Source: Thermoleophilia bacterium
GTDB lineage: Bacteria > Actinomycetota > Thermoleophilia > Gaiellales > Gaiellaceae
DNA length: 64,000 nt
Assembly (NCBI GenBank): GCA_017882605.1
Contig: JADGPE010000002.1
Span: 9,381-73,380 of the forward strand
Reading direction: 5' to 3'
Shown here piece after piece: positions 28,307-36,485 of this stretch; positions within the stretch are counted from its first letter, which is position 1, and each line of letters opens with the position of its first letter. A program made the translations under genes and the position numbers. The notes under the pieces are model-generated. The model ran no database searches. It was not told where the DNA came from and saw only the letters and a program-made list of their open reading frames with translations.

Positions 28307-28332
28307 TCGAGGCCCGGCGTTAGGGTTCGGCG

Positions 28333-28689
28333 ATGGGCTACTCAATGCTGAAGATCGACGAGGTCGAGGGTGCCGGTCCCGGCGGCGCCGCGAAGTTCCT
28401 GCGCCGCGAGCTCGGCGTGCAGGCGTTCGGGGTGAACTGGTTCGAGCTCGCACCGAACATGGAAGGGGTCGAGCACGACGAGGTGGGCACGGGCCAGGAA
28501 GAGGTGAACGTGATCGTCCGCGGCAGCGGCGTCTACCGGATCGACGGTGAGGAGGTCCCGTTCGCAGCGCCGATGATCTTCCGCTTCGACCCGGAGACGA
28601 CCCGGCAGCCGGTCGCCGGGCCGGATGGTTTCGCCATGGTCGCGATCGGAGCGTGCCGCGGCAGCTATGAGGCACACGGGCCGTTCTAG
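28333..28689 (+). CDS. cupin domain protein
   Basis: Small beta-barrel pattern GVEHDEVGTGQEEVNVIVRGSG... Confidence 0.7.
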   Translation: MGYSMLKIDEVEGAGPGGAAKFLRRELGVQAFGVNWFELAPNMEGVEHDEVGTGQEEVNVIVRGSGVYRIDGEEVPFAAPMIFRFDPETTRQPVAGPDGFAMVAIGACRGSYEAHGPF

Positions 28690-28766
28690 TCCGGTTCGTT
28701 CTCTGGAACCTCGCGGACTCGCTGACGAACATCGGCGAGCTGCGGCGCTATCTCCAGGACGAGGCG

Positions 28767-29003
28767 GTGGACGCGTTCGAGCACGTTCCGGGGCTGCTCT
28801 TCAAGGCGTGGTTCTCGGACGAGGTGACCGAGCGCTGGGGCACGATCTATGTCTTCGAGTCGCGTGAGGCTTCCGAACAAGAGCTGCCGTCGCGGGCGCG
28901 CGCTCTGATCGGCAAGGAGCCCGACATCGTCGAGAGCTTCGACCTCGAGGCGTCAGTCTCCGTCGCAGCGGAGCTCGCGCGGCTCGGGCTCGCCTTCGAA
29001 TGA
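28767..29003 (+). CDS. dimeric alpha/beta-barrel (ABM/YdhR-like) protein; true start probably upstream
   Basis: GLLFKAWFSDE...WGTIYVFESREAS pattern; the expected first strand VRFVLWNL is encoded in-frame upstream (from 28689) without canonical start. Confidence 0.5.
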   Translation: MDAFEHVPGLLFKAWFSDEVTERWGTIYVFESREASEQELPSRARALIGKEPDIVESFDLEASVSVAAELARLGLAFE

Positions 29004-29773
29004 GCGCACTTCGCGTCGAGCGGGACGGTGCATTGCTCCGCATCGCGATGGCGAGGCCGGAGCGGCGAAACGCGTTCGACGCCTCCCTGATCGAGGAGCT
29101 GGGCAGCGCATTCGGCGAGGTCGGCGACGTCCGCGCAGTGCTGCTCACGGGCGACGGACCGTCGTTCTCGGCCGGCGCGGACGTCGAGTGGATGCGCTCG
29201 TCGGTCGACCTGAGCCATGACGACAACGTCGCCGACGCGCTGCGCCTCCGCGCCATGCTGGACGCCGTCGACGGCTGTCCGGCGCCTGTCGTAGCACGCG
29301 TGCAAGGGCATGCCCTGGGGGGTGGCTGCGGCCTGGTTGCCTGTTGCGACATCGTCGTCGCCGAGCCCGGCGCTCAGTTCGCTTTCAGCGAGGTCAAGCT
29401 CGGGATCGTGCCGGCGGTGATCTCGCCGTTCGCGCTCGCGAAGATCGGCCCGAGCGCGGCCCGGCGCTACTTCGTCACCGGCGAGCGCTTCTCGGCCGAC
29501 GTCGCGCTGCGCATCCGGCTCGTGCACGAGATCGCCGAGGACGCGGAGGACGCTGTCGAACGCGTGCTCGGCGAGTTGCTCTCGGCAGGCCCCGAAGCGG
29601 CACGCGCGGCGAAGCTGATCGCCCGCGCCCCACTCTCGGCGGAGCAGACGGCGGAGCGGATCGCCGTGCACCGAACGAGCGCCGAGGGCCAGGAGGGCCT
29701 ACGGGCGTTCCTCGAGAAGCGCCCGGCGCGGCACCCCGACGGCTCCACGTGGGGCGTCTTCCCGCCGGACTGA
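29000..29773 (+). CDS. enoyl-CoA hydratase (methylglutaconyl-CoA hydratase-like)
   Basis: Crotonase motifs RRNAF, LTGDGPSFSAGADV, GHALGGG; ATGA overlap upstream. Confidence 0.88.
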   Translation: MSALRVERDGALLRIAMARPERRNAFDASLIEELGSAFGEVGDVRAVLLTGDGPSFSAGADVEWMRSSVDLSHDDNVADALRLRAMLDAVDGCPAPVVARVQGHALGGGCGLVACCDIVVAEPGAQFAFSEVKLGIVPAVISPFALAKIGPSAARRYFVTGERFSADVALRIRLVHEIAEDAEDAVERVLGELLSAGPEAARAAKLIARAPLSAEQTAERIAVHRTSAEGQEGLRAFLEKRPARHPDGSTWGVFPPD

Positions 29774-29778
29774 GCTCG

Positions 29779-29808
29779 CCGGGGTCGAACGGCGGGGTCA
29801 GACCCCGG
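29779..29808. terminator. bidirectional hairpin between convergent genes
   Basis: CCGGGGTC (29779-29786) pairs with GACCCCGG (29801-29808); nested CGGGGTC-A-GACCCCG. Confidence 0.4.
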
Positions 29809-29824
29809 ACACGGCTGTTCGAGC

Positions 29825-31354
29825 CTAGGAGCCGGTCGTGTGCGCGCGGACTGCAACCGGCCGCGTCACCGCGGATGCATACGCCGAGCCGCCGAGCACC
29901 TGGACGCGATAGCTGCCGGGCCGCAGCGTGCCGTTGAAGACCCCCTGCGAGCTCGCGACGGCACGCCAGCGACGGCGGGTCAGCCGCTGCACCTGCAAGG
30001 GCAGCCGCGGCGAGACGACCGCGTGCAGGCTCTGGCCGCGAGTGCTCACCGACACGCGCGGGGCGACCTGCAGCGGCACCGTGTCGCCGGCGACGCCGTT
30101 GTAGGCGAGCCGCAGCTCCGTGGAGCGCAGCGCTGGGAGGGAGACGGCGAACCGCCCGGAGGGCGCCGGGCGAATGCGGCGCACCGTCTGCCAGCCCCGG
30201 TCGGTCAGCTCCTGGAGCCGTGCGCGGCCGAGACCGCGAACCCAGCCGCGCACGCGCACGCGATCGCCGTAGACGAGGCCGGCTGACACGTCGTCGAGCG
30301 TCAGCGCCTGAATCTCGAAGTCGGTCGACCCGAGCTTGAACTTCGTCCGGATCACCCCGCCCGGGATCTGCGTCCAGCCGTGAGATGTGAGCGCGCGCAC
30401 GGCCTGTGCACGACCGGACGGGTTGCGCACCACGCGCAGGTCGCGCACGCCGTCGAGACGAAGCACCGTCGCGATCCGCTCCGGTGTCAGCACGGTCGTC
30501 GGCCAGATGTGGTGGGGCGAGATGTAGTCGTACGGATCGGCGACCGACACGAGGTAGGGCACCTGCTGCATGCGCGGCCAGGCGTCGTGAACCGACGACG
30601 TCTTGCCGCCCGACGTCGAGAAGTAGTAGGCCGGGATGATCTGGTCGCCCCACACGAGCACCTGGGCGGCGGTCGCCCCGACCGCCAGGTTCGTCTCCGT
30701 CCGCTCGGCCCGGATCCCGCCGTACATCTGCGACCGGTCGTCCGGGAACAGGTCGAAGTCCTTGCCCGGCTTCAGCATCGCGAGCGTGTAGGAGCGCGCG
30801 GCCACCGCCTGCGCCTCGTAGGTCTGCGCGTGCCAGGCGACAGGCACCTCCCACGGCACGACCCCCCGGAGGTAGCGGTCGAGCGGGAGCACGTTGACGG
30901 CCATCAGCCCGCCCGGCTTCGCCTTGACGACGACCGCGCCACGGTAGCCCGCGCCGCCGACCCGCAACGGCTGCGCGCCCGGCTCGAACCGCAAAGGAAA
31001 TGCGAGCCGCTCGAAACGACGCCGCACCGTGAGCGTCCCCGTCGGCACGTGCACCTTGTGGCCGCGCGCATCGACGACGAGGAACGGTGATGCGGATCCG
31101 ACTCGCAGCTTGGACTGGTTCTCTCGCAGCAGGATGCGCACGGTGCGAGGACCGGCGAGTCCTATGTGCGTGTGCGGGTAGTAGTGCGCGAGGATCTGCC
31201 GGTAGTCGAAACCGTGGCGCGCGTAGCCCTCGGCGCCCCATTGGCTCATTCCGACTCCGTGACCCCACCCTCGACCGTCGAGGAGGAACACCGTCCCGGC
31301 GCGCGCGAGCCCTGGAAACGCGAGGGCGGCAAGTAGCACGACACAAACCCGCAT
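29825..31354 (-). CDS. SpoIID/LytB domain protein (secreted)
   Basis: Signal peptide MRVCVVLLAALAFPGLARA; GRGWGHGVGMSQWGAEGYA and FSTSGGKT SpoIID motifs. Confidence 0.85.
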   Translation of the reverse strand: MRVCVVLLAALAFPGLARAGTVFLLDGRGWGHGVGMSQWGAEGYARHGFDYRQILAHYYPHTHIGLAGPRTVRILLRENQSKLRVGSASPFLVVDARGHKVHVPTGTLTVRRRFERLAFPLRFEPGAQPLRVGGAGYRGAVVVKAKPGGLMAVNVLPLDRYLRGVVPWEVPVAWHAQTYEAQAVAARSYTLAMLKPGKDFDLFPDDRSQMYGGIRAERTETNLAVGATAAQVLVWGDQIIPAYYFSTSGGKTSSVHDAWPRMQQVPYLVSVADPYDYISPHHIWPTTVLTPERIATVLRLDGVRDLRVVRNPSGRAQAVRALTSHGWTQIPGGVIRTKFKLGSTDFEIQALTLDDVSAGLVYGDRVRVRGWVRGLGRARLQELTDRGWQTVRRIRPAPSGRFAVSLPALRSTELRLAYNGVAGDTVPLQVAPRVSVSTRGQSLHAVVSPRLPLQVQRLTRRRWRAVASSQGVFNGTLRPGSYRVQVLGGSAYASAVTRPVAVRAHTTGS

Positions 31355-31376
31355 TGCGGATCGGCAGAGTAGCGGC

Positions 31377-32510
31377 GTGCGCAAGCTCCTGCTCCTGACG
31401 AGCGCGATCGTCTTCTTCGACACGCTCTTCTTCGCGGCGCTCACACCGCTGCTCCCGCACTACTCCGAGAGCTTGGGGCTCGGCAAGACCGGAGCCGGCG
31501 TCCTCGCGGCCGCGTATCCGGCCGGCGCGTTCCTCGGGGCGCTTCCGAGCGGCGTCGTGGCGGCACGCGCGGGCGTGAAACGGACGGTGCTCGTCGGCCT
31601 GACCGCCGTGGCCTTCTGCACCGTGCTCTTCGGGATCGCGAGCGAGCCCTGGCAGCTCGACGTGGCGCGTCTCCTCCAGGGAGTGGCGAGCGCCTTCTCC
31701 TGGACCGGGGCACTCGCGTGGCTCGTCGCGGCTTCCCCGGCCGGCCGGCGCGGCAGCCTGATCGGCACGGCGTTCGCAGCGGCGGTCGGCGGTGCACTCT
31801 TCGGTCCCGTGCTCGGCGGTGTCGCCTCGGTCGCCGGCACCGGCTGGACCTTCGGCGCTGTGGGCGTCGCTTCTCTGGGCCTCGTCGCCTGGGCCGCGAC
31901 GACTCCCTCCGCGCGTCCCGACGCGCCCCAGTCGTTGCGGATGCTCGGCCGAGCGTTCACGGAGCCCCGCATTCTCGGAGCGTTCTGGTTCGTCCTCCTC
32001 CCCGCGCTGCTCTTCGGCACCGTCTCGGTGCTCGCTCCGCTGCGTCTGGCGGCACTCGGATTCGGGTCGGTCGCAATCGGCGCCGCCTTCCTCGTCACCG
32101 GCGTGTTCGAGGTGGTGAACAACATCGTCGTCGGGAGGCTGTCCGACCGGCGCGGCCCGCTGTACCCGATCCGCATCGGGCTCGCCACCTCGATCGCCGT
32201 CGCGGCGATCTATCCCTGGCCGGACGAAGCATACGCGCTCACAGCGGTGATCGTCTGCGGCGGCCTCGCGTTCGGGACGTTCTTCACACCGGGGATGACG
32301 CTCCTCACCAACCTGGCGGAACGGCGAGGGCTCGACCACGGCTACACGTTCGCGCTCGTCAATCTCGCGTGGGCCCCCGGGCAGACGCTCGGCGCAGCGG
32401 GCGGTGGCGCACTCGCCCATGCAACCCGCGACGCGGTCCCCTACCTCGCTCTTTCCGCCGTCTGCGCACTGACTCTCACCGTGCTCTGGCGCGTGAGGAT
32501 GGACGGCTAG
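31377..32510 (+). CDS. MFS transporter
   Basis: 12 hydrophobic segments, GRLSDRRG loop motif. Confidence 0.85.
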   Translation: MRKLLLLTSAIVFFDTLFFAALTPLLPHYSESLGLGKTGAGVLAAAYPAGAFLGALPSGVVAARAGVKRTVLVGLTAVAFCTVLFGIASEPWQLDVARLLQGVASAFSWTGALAWLVAASPAGRRGSLIGTAFAAAVGGALFGPVLGGVASVAGTGWTFGAVGVASLGLVAWAATTPSARPDAPQSLRMLGRAFTEPRILGAFWFVLLPALLFGTVSVLAPLRLAALGFGSVAIGAAFLVTGVFEVVNNIVVGRLSDRRGPLYPIRIGLATSIAVAAIYPWPDEAYALTAVIVCGGLAFGTFFTPGMTLLTNLAERRGLDHGYTFALVNLAWAPGQTLGAAGGGALAHATRDAVPYLALSAVCALTLTVLWRVRMDG

Positions 32511-32520
32511 TGTCCGGCAC

Positions 32521-34116
32521 GTGCAGAAGGTGCTGGTCGCAAACCGCGGCGAGATCGCGCTGCGGGTCTTCCGCGCGGCACGAGCGCTCGGCCTCGGCGC
32601 CGCGGCAGTCGTCGCACGCGACGACACCGGCTCGCTCCACGCACGCTCTGCCGACGATGTCGTCGAGATCGCGTCCTATCTCGACCCGGAAGAGCACATT
32701 CGCGCCGCGAAGGAGACGGGCGCGGACGCGATTCATCCGGGGTACGGCTTCCTCGCCGAGAACGGCAACTTCGCCGAGGCCGTCGAGGCGGCCGGGCTGA
32801 CGTGGATCGGGCCGCCGCCGGGAGCGCTCCGCAGCGGCGGCGACAAGCTCGCCGCCAAGCAGATCGCGGTGGACGCAGGCGTTCCGACGATCCCGGAGGC
32901 AAGCGAGCCGCCGCTGATCGTCAAAGCGGCGGCCGGCGGGGGCGGCCGCGGGATGCGCGTCGTCCGCGTGGGCGGTCAACTCGACGACGCGATTGCCGCG
33001 GCGCGCCGCGAGGCGCAGTCGGCGTTCGGCGACGACCGCATCTACCTCGAGCGCTACCTCGAACGGCCGCGCCACATCGAGATCCAGCTGCTCGCCGACA
33101 CGCACGGCACGGTGCTCGCACTGGGCGAGCGGGACTGCTCGGTGCAACGCCGGCACCAGAAGGTCCTCGAAGAAACGCCGTCACCGGCGCTCGATCCCGC
33201 GTTGCGGGCACTGATGAGCGATGCCGCCGTCCGCTTCGCGCGGGCGATCGGATACGTCGGTGCGGGAACTGCCGAGTTCGTGCTCGAAGGACGCGAGTTC
33301 TTCTTCCTCGAGCTGAACGGACGGATCCAGGTGGAGCACCCCGTCACCGAGGCGGTGACCGGGATCGACCTCGTGCAGTGGCAGCTGCGGATCGCCCGCG
33401 GCGAACGTCTGGACTTCCGGCCCGAGCCGCGTGGAGCCGCGGTCGAAGTCCGGCTCTATGCCGAGGACCCGCGGACGTTCCTGCCCCAGGCGGGCCGGAT
33501 CGAGGTGTTGCGCCTTCCCACGTCGATCCGAGTCGACACAGGCGTCGCCGAAGGCGACGAGATCGGCACGGGCTACGACCCGATGATTGCGAAGCTGATC
33601 GCGAGCGGCGCGACCCGCGAGGAGGCGCTCGACCGGCTCGCAGCGGCGCTCGCTGAGACGGAGGTAATCGGCGTCACGACCAACCTGCCCTTTCTGCGCT
33701 GGCTCGTCGCGCATCCGACACTGCGGGCCGGCGAGGCGACAACGGCATTCCTCGTCGAGCACCCGCCGCTCTCCGCGCCGCCGGCCGAAGCGCTCGACCA
33801 CGTCTGGCACAGCTCCTTCCGCCTCAATCTCCCGGTCCCGGTGCCGCAGCCGCCGCCCGACGTGGACGCCGCGGCGCACCTGCACGGGCCTGCGGAGGAG
33901 TCGAGCAGGATCGTCGCTCCCATGCCCGGCACCGTGATCAAGGTGAACGTCCAGGCGGGCTCGGTCGTGAACGCGCGCGATCCACTCGTCGTGCTCGAGG
34001 CGATGAAGATGGAGACGCCGCTCGTTTCCCCCTACGACGCGACGGTGCGCGCCGTCCACGTGCAGGAAGGTGATCGAGTCGCCGGCAACGCGCTCTTGGT
34101 CGAGCTCGACGACTAG
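32521..34116 (+). CDS. biotin carboxylase + BCCP subunit (MCC/acyl-CoA carboxylase alpha), compact 531 aa
   Basis: VLVANRGEIA, ATP-grasp GGGGRGMRVV, EHPVTE, biotinylation EAMKME. Confidence 0.9.
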   Translation: MQKVLVANRGEIALRVFRAARALGLGAAAVVARDDTGSLHARSADDVVEIASYLDPEEHIRAAKETGADAIHPGYGFLAENGNFAEAVEAAGLTWIGPPPGALRSGGDKLAAKQIAVDAGVPTIPEASEPPLIVKAAAGGGGRGMRVVRVGGQLDDAIAAARREAQSAFGDDRIYLERYLERPRHIEIQLLADTHGTVLALGERDCSVQRRHQKVLEETPSPALDPALRALMSDAAVRFARAIGYVGAGTAEFVLEGREFFFLELNGRIQVEHPVTEAVTGIDLVQWQLRIARGERLDFRPEPRGAAVEVRLYAEDPRTFLPQAGRIEVLRLPTSIRVDTGVAEGDEIGTGYDPMIAKLIASGATREEALDRLAAALAETEVIGVTTNLPFLRWLVAHPTLRAGEATTAFLVEHPPLSAPPAEALDHVWHSSFRLNLPVPVPQPPPDVDAAAHLHGPAEESSRIVAPMPGTVIKVNVQAGSVVNARDPLVVLEAMKMETPLVSPYDATVRAVHVQEGDRVAGNALLVELDD

Positions 34117-34127
34117 GGCGAAGGCTC

Positions 34128-34430
34128 CTAGAAGATCTTCTGGAGCTTCATGGCTGCGCCCATGTCGCCCTTGATCTTCAGCTTGCCGGTCATGTACGCC
34201 GTCGTGGGGTTCTGCTCGCCGCTGACGATCTTCTCGAACGTCTCGGCAGAGGTCTCGATCGTCGCGTCCGCGGTGCCCTCGCCCTCGCTGACGGCGATTG
34301 CCCCGTCGGCCACGTTGACGAGCCACTTGCCTTCCCCTTCGATGTCGAACAGGTACGAGTTCGTCATCCCGGCGAGCTTCGACGCGTCCGCGCGCGACTC
34401 GAGAGTGTCGAAGAAATCCTTGGTTGCCAC
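34128..34430 (-). CDS. SCP2 sterol-carrier-like domain protein
   Basis: YMTGKLKIKGDMGAAMKL SCP2 C-terminal motif; GTG 34430 with GAAGGAG upstream. Confidence 0.8.
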   Translation of the reverse strand: MATKDFFDTLESRADASKLAGMTNSYLFDIEGEGKWLVNVADGAIAVSEGEGTADATIETSAETFEKIVSGEQNPTTAYMTGKLKIKGDMGAAMKLQKIF

Positions 34431-34452
34431 GGCTTGATCCGCTCCTTCGGTC

Positions 34453-34470
34453 GTTGACTCGGCGGTCAAC
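34453..34470. promoter_or_regulatory. palindrome GTTGAC-N6-GTCAAC
   Basis: Perfect 6-bp arms 23 nt upstream of the SCP2 start. Confidence 0.3.
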
Positions 34471-34486
34471 CTACCGGAGCGGATGC

Positions 34487-34699
34487 CTACGCTGCGCCGG
34501 GCTGCGGTAGGTGGCGCTCGATCAGCAGATGCGAGAGGCGGCTCTGCGCCGCGGCGAGCCGGCGGCGGTTCTCCTCGAGCTCCGCCCGCCCGGCAGCGAA
34601 CGCCCGAAGCTCCTGCCGCTCGGAGACGATTCGGCCGATCTCCTCGGTCAGCGTCTCCACGGTATGCCGTACTGCCCTTGTGTCGCGCGCCGCATGCAT
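34487..34699 (-). CDS. candidate 70-aa coiled-coil protein
   Basis: ATG 34699 with GGAGA 5 nt upstream; MHAARDTRAVRHTVETLTEEIGRIVSERQELRAFAAGRAELEENRRRLAAAQSRL...; high GC3. Confidence 0.4.
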   Translation of the reverse strand: MHAARDTRAVRHTVETLTEEIGRIVSERQELRAFAAGRAELEENRRRLAAAQSRLSHLLIERHLPQPGAA

Positions 34700-34824
34700 G
34701 TTGTCTCCAGAGTAATCGGCAAGATTGCTCGATTCCGTCATGCCACGGAAGGGGGTTTCGACACATCGCCCCCGCCTCCTCGGTACCATCGCCCCCCGAT
34801 GCGTGCCGAGCTGAGGGCGCCGGC

Positions 34825-35958
34825 GTGAACTTCGACGTCGAGCGCGAACACAAGTTGGTACGCGACACGGTTCGCCAGTTCGCACTCGAGCGGGTCGCGC
34901 CGGTCGCAGAGGAGCTCGACCGCGAGAAGCGGTTCCCGTACGAGCTCGTTGCCGACATGGCGGAGCTCGGACTGATGGGCATGACGATCCCGGAGGAGTA
35001 CGGTGGCGGCGGCACCGACACGCTGTCGTACGCGATCGCAATCGAGGAGCTGACGCGAATCGACTCGTCGGTTGCGATCACCGTAGCGGCGCACCACTCG
35101 CTGGGAACGTTGCCGATCTACTACTTCGGGAACGAGGAGCAGAAGCGGCAGTGGCTGCCGGATCTGGCGTCGGGCAGAGCGCTGGCCGCGTTCGGCCTCA
35201 CCGAGGCCAACGCGGGCTCCGACGCCGGCGCGACGCGGACGACCGCGCAGCTCGAGAGCGGCGAATGGGTCGTCGACGGCTCGAAGATGTTCATCACCAA
35301 CGCGGGCACCGACATCACCGCCTGCGTCACGATCACGGCGGTCACCGGCGAGGGCGAGATCTCGAACATCATCGTTCCGAACGGCACTGCCGGTTACACC
35401 ATTTCCGAACCGATGCAAAAGCTCGGGTGGCGCGCCTCCGACACGCGCGAGCTGTCGTTCCAGGGCGCCCGTGTTTCCGAGGAGAACCTGCTCGGGCCGC
35501 GAGGCGAGGGCTTCCGCCAGTTCATGCAGATCCTCGACGGCGGACGGATCTCGGTCGCCGCGATGGGCGTCGGCCTCGCGCAGGGCTGTTACGACCTCGC
35601 GCACAGCTATGCGCTGGAGCGCGAGCAGTTCGGCCGGCCGATCGCCAAGTTCCAGTCGGTGCAGACGATGCTCGTCGACATGGCGACCGAGATCGAGGCC
35701 GCGCGCGATCTCGTGTGGAAGGCCGCCTGGGAAAAGGACCAGGGCCGCGACTTCGCGAAGACCGCAGCGATGGCCAAGCTCTTCTCGGGTGAGCTCTCAC
35801 ATCGTGCGGCGAACTGGGCGCTGCAGATCCACGGCGGCTACGGCTTCATGGACGAGTACGCGATCTCGCGCCTCTACCGCGACCAGAAGATCCTCGAGAT
35901 CGGGGAGGGGACGAATGAGGTGCAAAGGATGGTCATCGCCAAGCACCTTGGTCTGTAG
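34825..35958 (+). CDS. acyl-CoA dehydrogenase (isovaleryl-CoA dehydrogenase-like by context)
   Basis: ACAD motifs LTEANAGSDA, KMFITNA, YRDQKILEIGEGTNEVQR; start GTG 34825. Confidence 0.9.
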   Translation: MNFDVEREHKLVRDTVRQFALERVAPVAEELDREKRFPYELVADMAELGLMGMTIPEEYGGGGTDTLSYAIAIEELTRIDSSVAITVAAHHSLGTLPIYYFGNEEQKRQWLPDLASGRALAAFGLTEANAGSDAGATRTTAQLESGEWVVDGSKMFITNAGTDITACVTITAVTGEGEISNIIVPNGTAGYTISEPMQKLGWRASDTRELSFQGARVSEENLLGPRGEGFRQFMQILDGGRISVAAMGVGLAQGCYDLAHSYALEREQFGRPIAKFQSVQTMLVDMATEIEAARDLVWKAAWEKDQGRDFAKTAAMAKLFSGELSHRAANWALQIHGGYGFMDEYAISRLYRDQKILEIGEGTNEVQRMVIAKHLGL

Positions 35959-36469
35959 CGCCGCCGCGGCGCTCGTCTTCGCCGCGCCGGCCGGCGCCCA
36001 TCTCTCGGTCAACCCGGACACAGTCCGTACCGGAGCGCTCGTCGACCTCGTCTTCTCGGTCCCGAACGCCGCCGACCCGACCGGGATCGACCACGTCACG
36101 ATCAGCGCCCCGCCCGGCTTCGTGCTCGACGACGGCGAGGCGGTCGCGGGCTGGACGCAGTCGCGCGCGGGCCAGACACTCACCTGGAAGGCCGGCAACA
36201 TTCCGCCGCGCCAGTACACGCGCTTTGGAATCCGCGGCACGGCGCCGCCGGCGGCGGGCACCGTGCTGTTCAACGTGCTCGTCGGTGACCGGACCGGGAG
36301 GTCGATCACCTACCGGGTCGGCCTCGACGTGGTCGCGCACGCCCCGCGCGACGACGGGGCGCGATCCCTCGGGAAGGCGGCGCTCGCGGTCGCCGTGGTC
36401 GGCGCCGGGCTTGCACTGGCCGCGTTGTTCGTCGCGCTGTACGTCTGGCTGCGGCCGCCGCCACCGTGA
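35912..36469 (+). CDS. YcnI/DUF1775-like copper-binding protein, C-terminally anchored
   Basis: Signal peptide ending AGA|HLSVNP (N-terminal His after cleavage), VPNAADP, GWTQ; C-terminal TM; ATG 35912 overlaps upstream gene by 47 nt. Confidence 0.7.
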   Translation, partial: RMRCKGWSSPSTLVCSAAAALVFAAPAGAHLSVNPDTVRTGALVDLVFSVPNAADPTGIDHVTISAPPGFVLDDGEAVAGWTQSRAGQTLTWKAGNIPPRQYTRFGIRGTAPPAAGTVLFNVLVGDRTGRSITYRVGLDVVAHAPRDDGARSLGKAALAVAVVGAGLALAALFVALYVWLRPPPP

Positions 36470-36485
36470 GTTAACCTCGGGAGCC

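Noticed and set aside
29475-32627. 1050-aa minus-strand ORF, the longest after Lhr
   Set aside because: Arg/Ala/Pro/Gly-rich low-complexity translation with no motifs. It is out of frame with the SpoIID gene and antisense to the MFS gene, both of which have clear family motifs. Typical open-frame artefact of 70% GC DNA.
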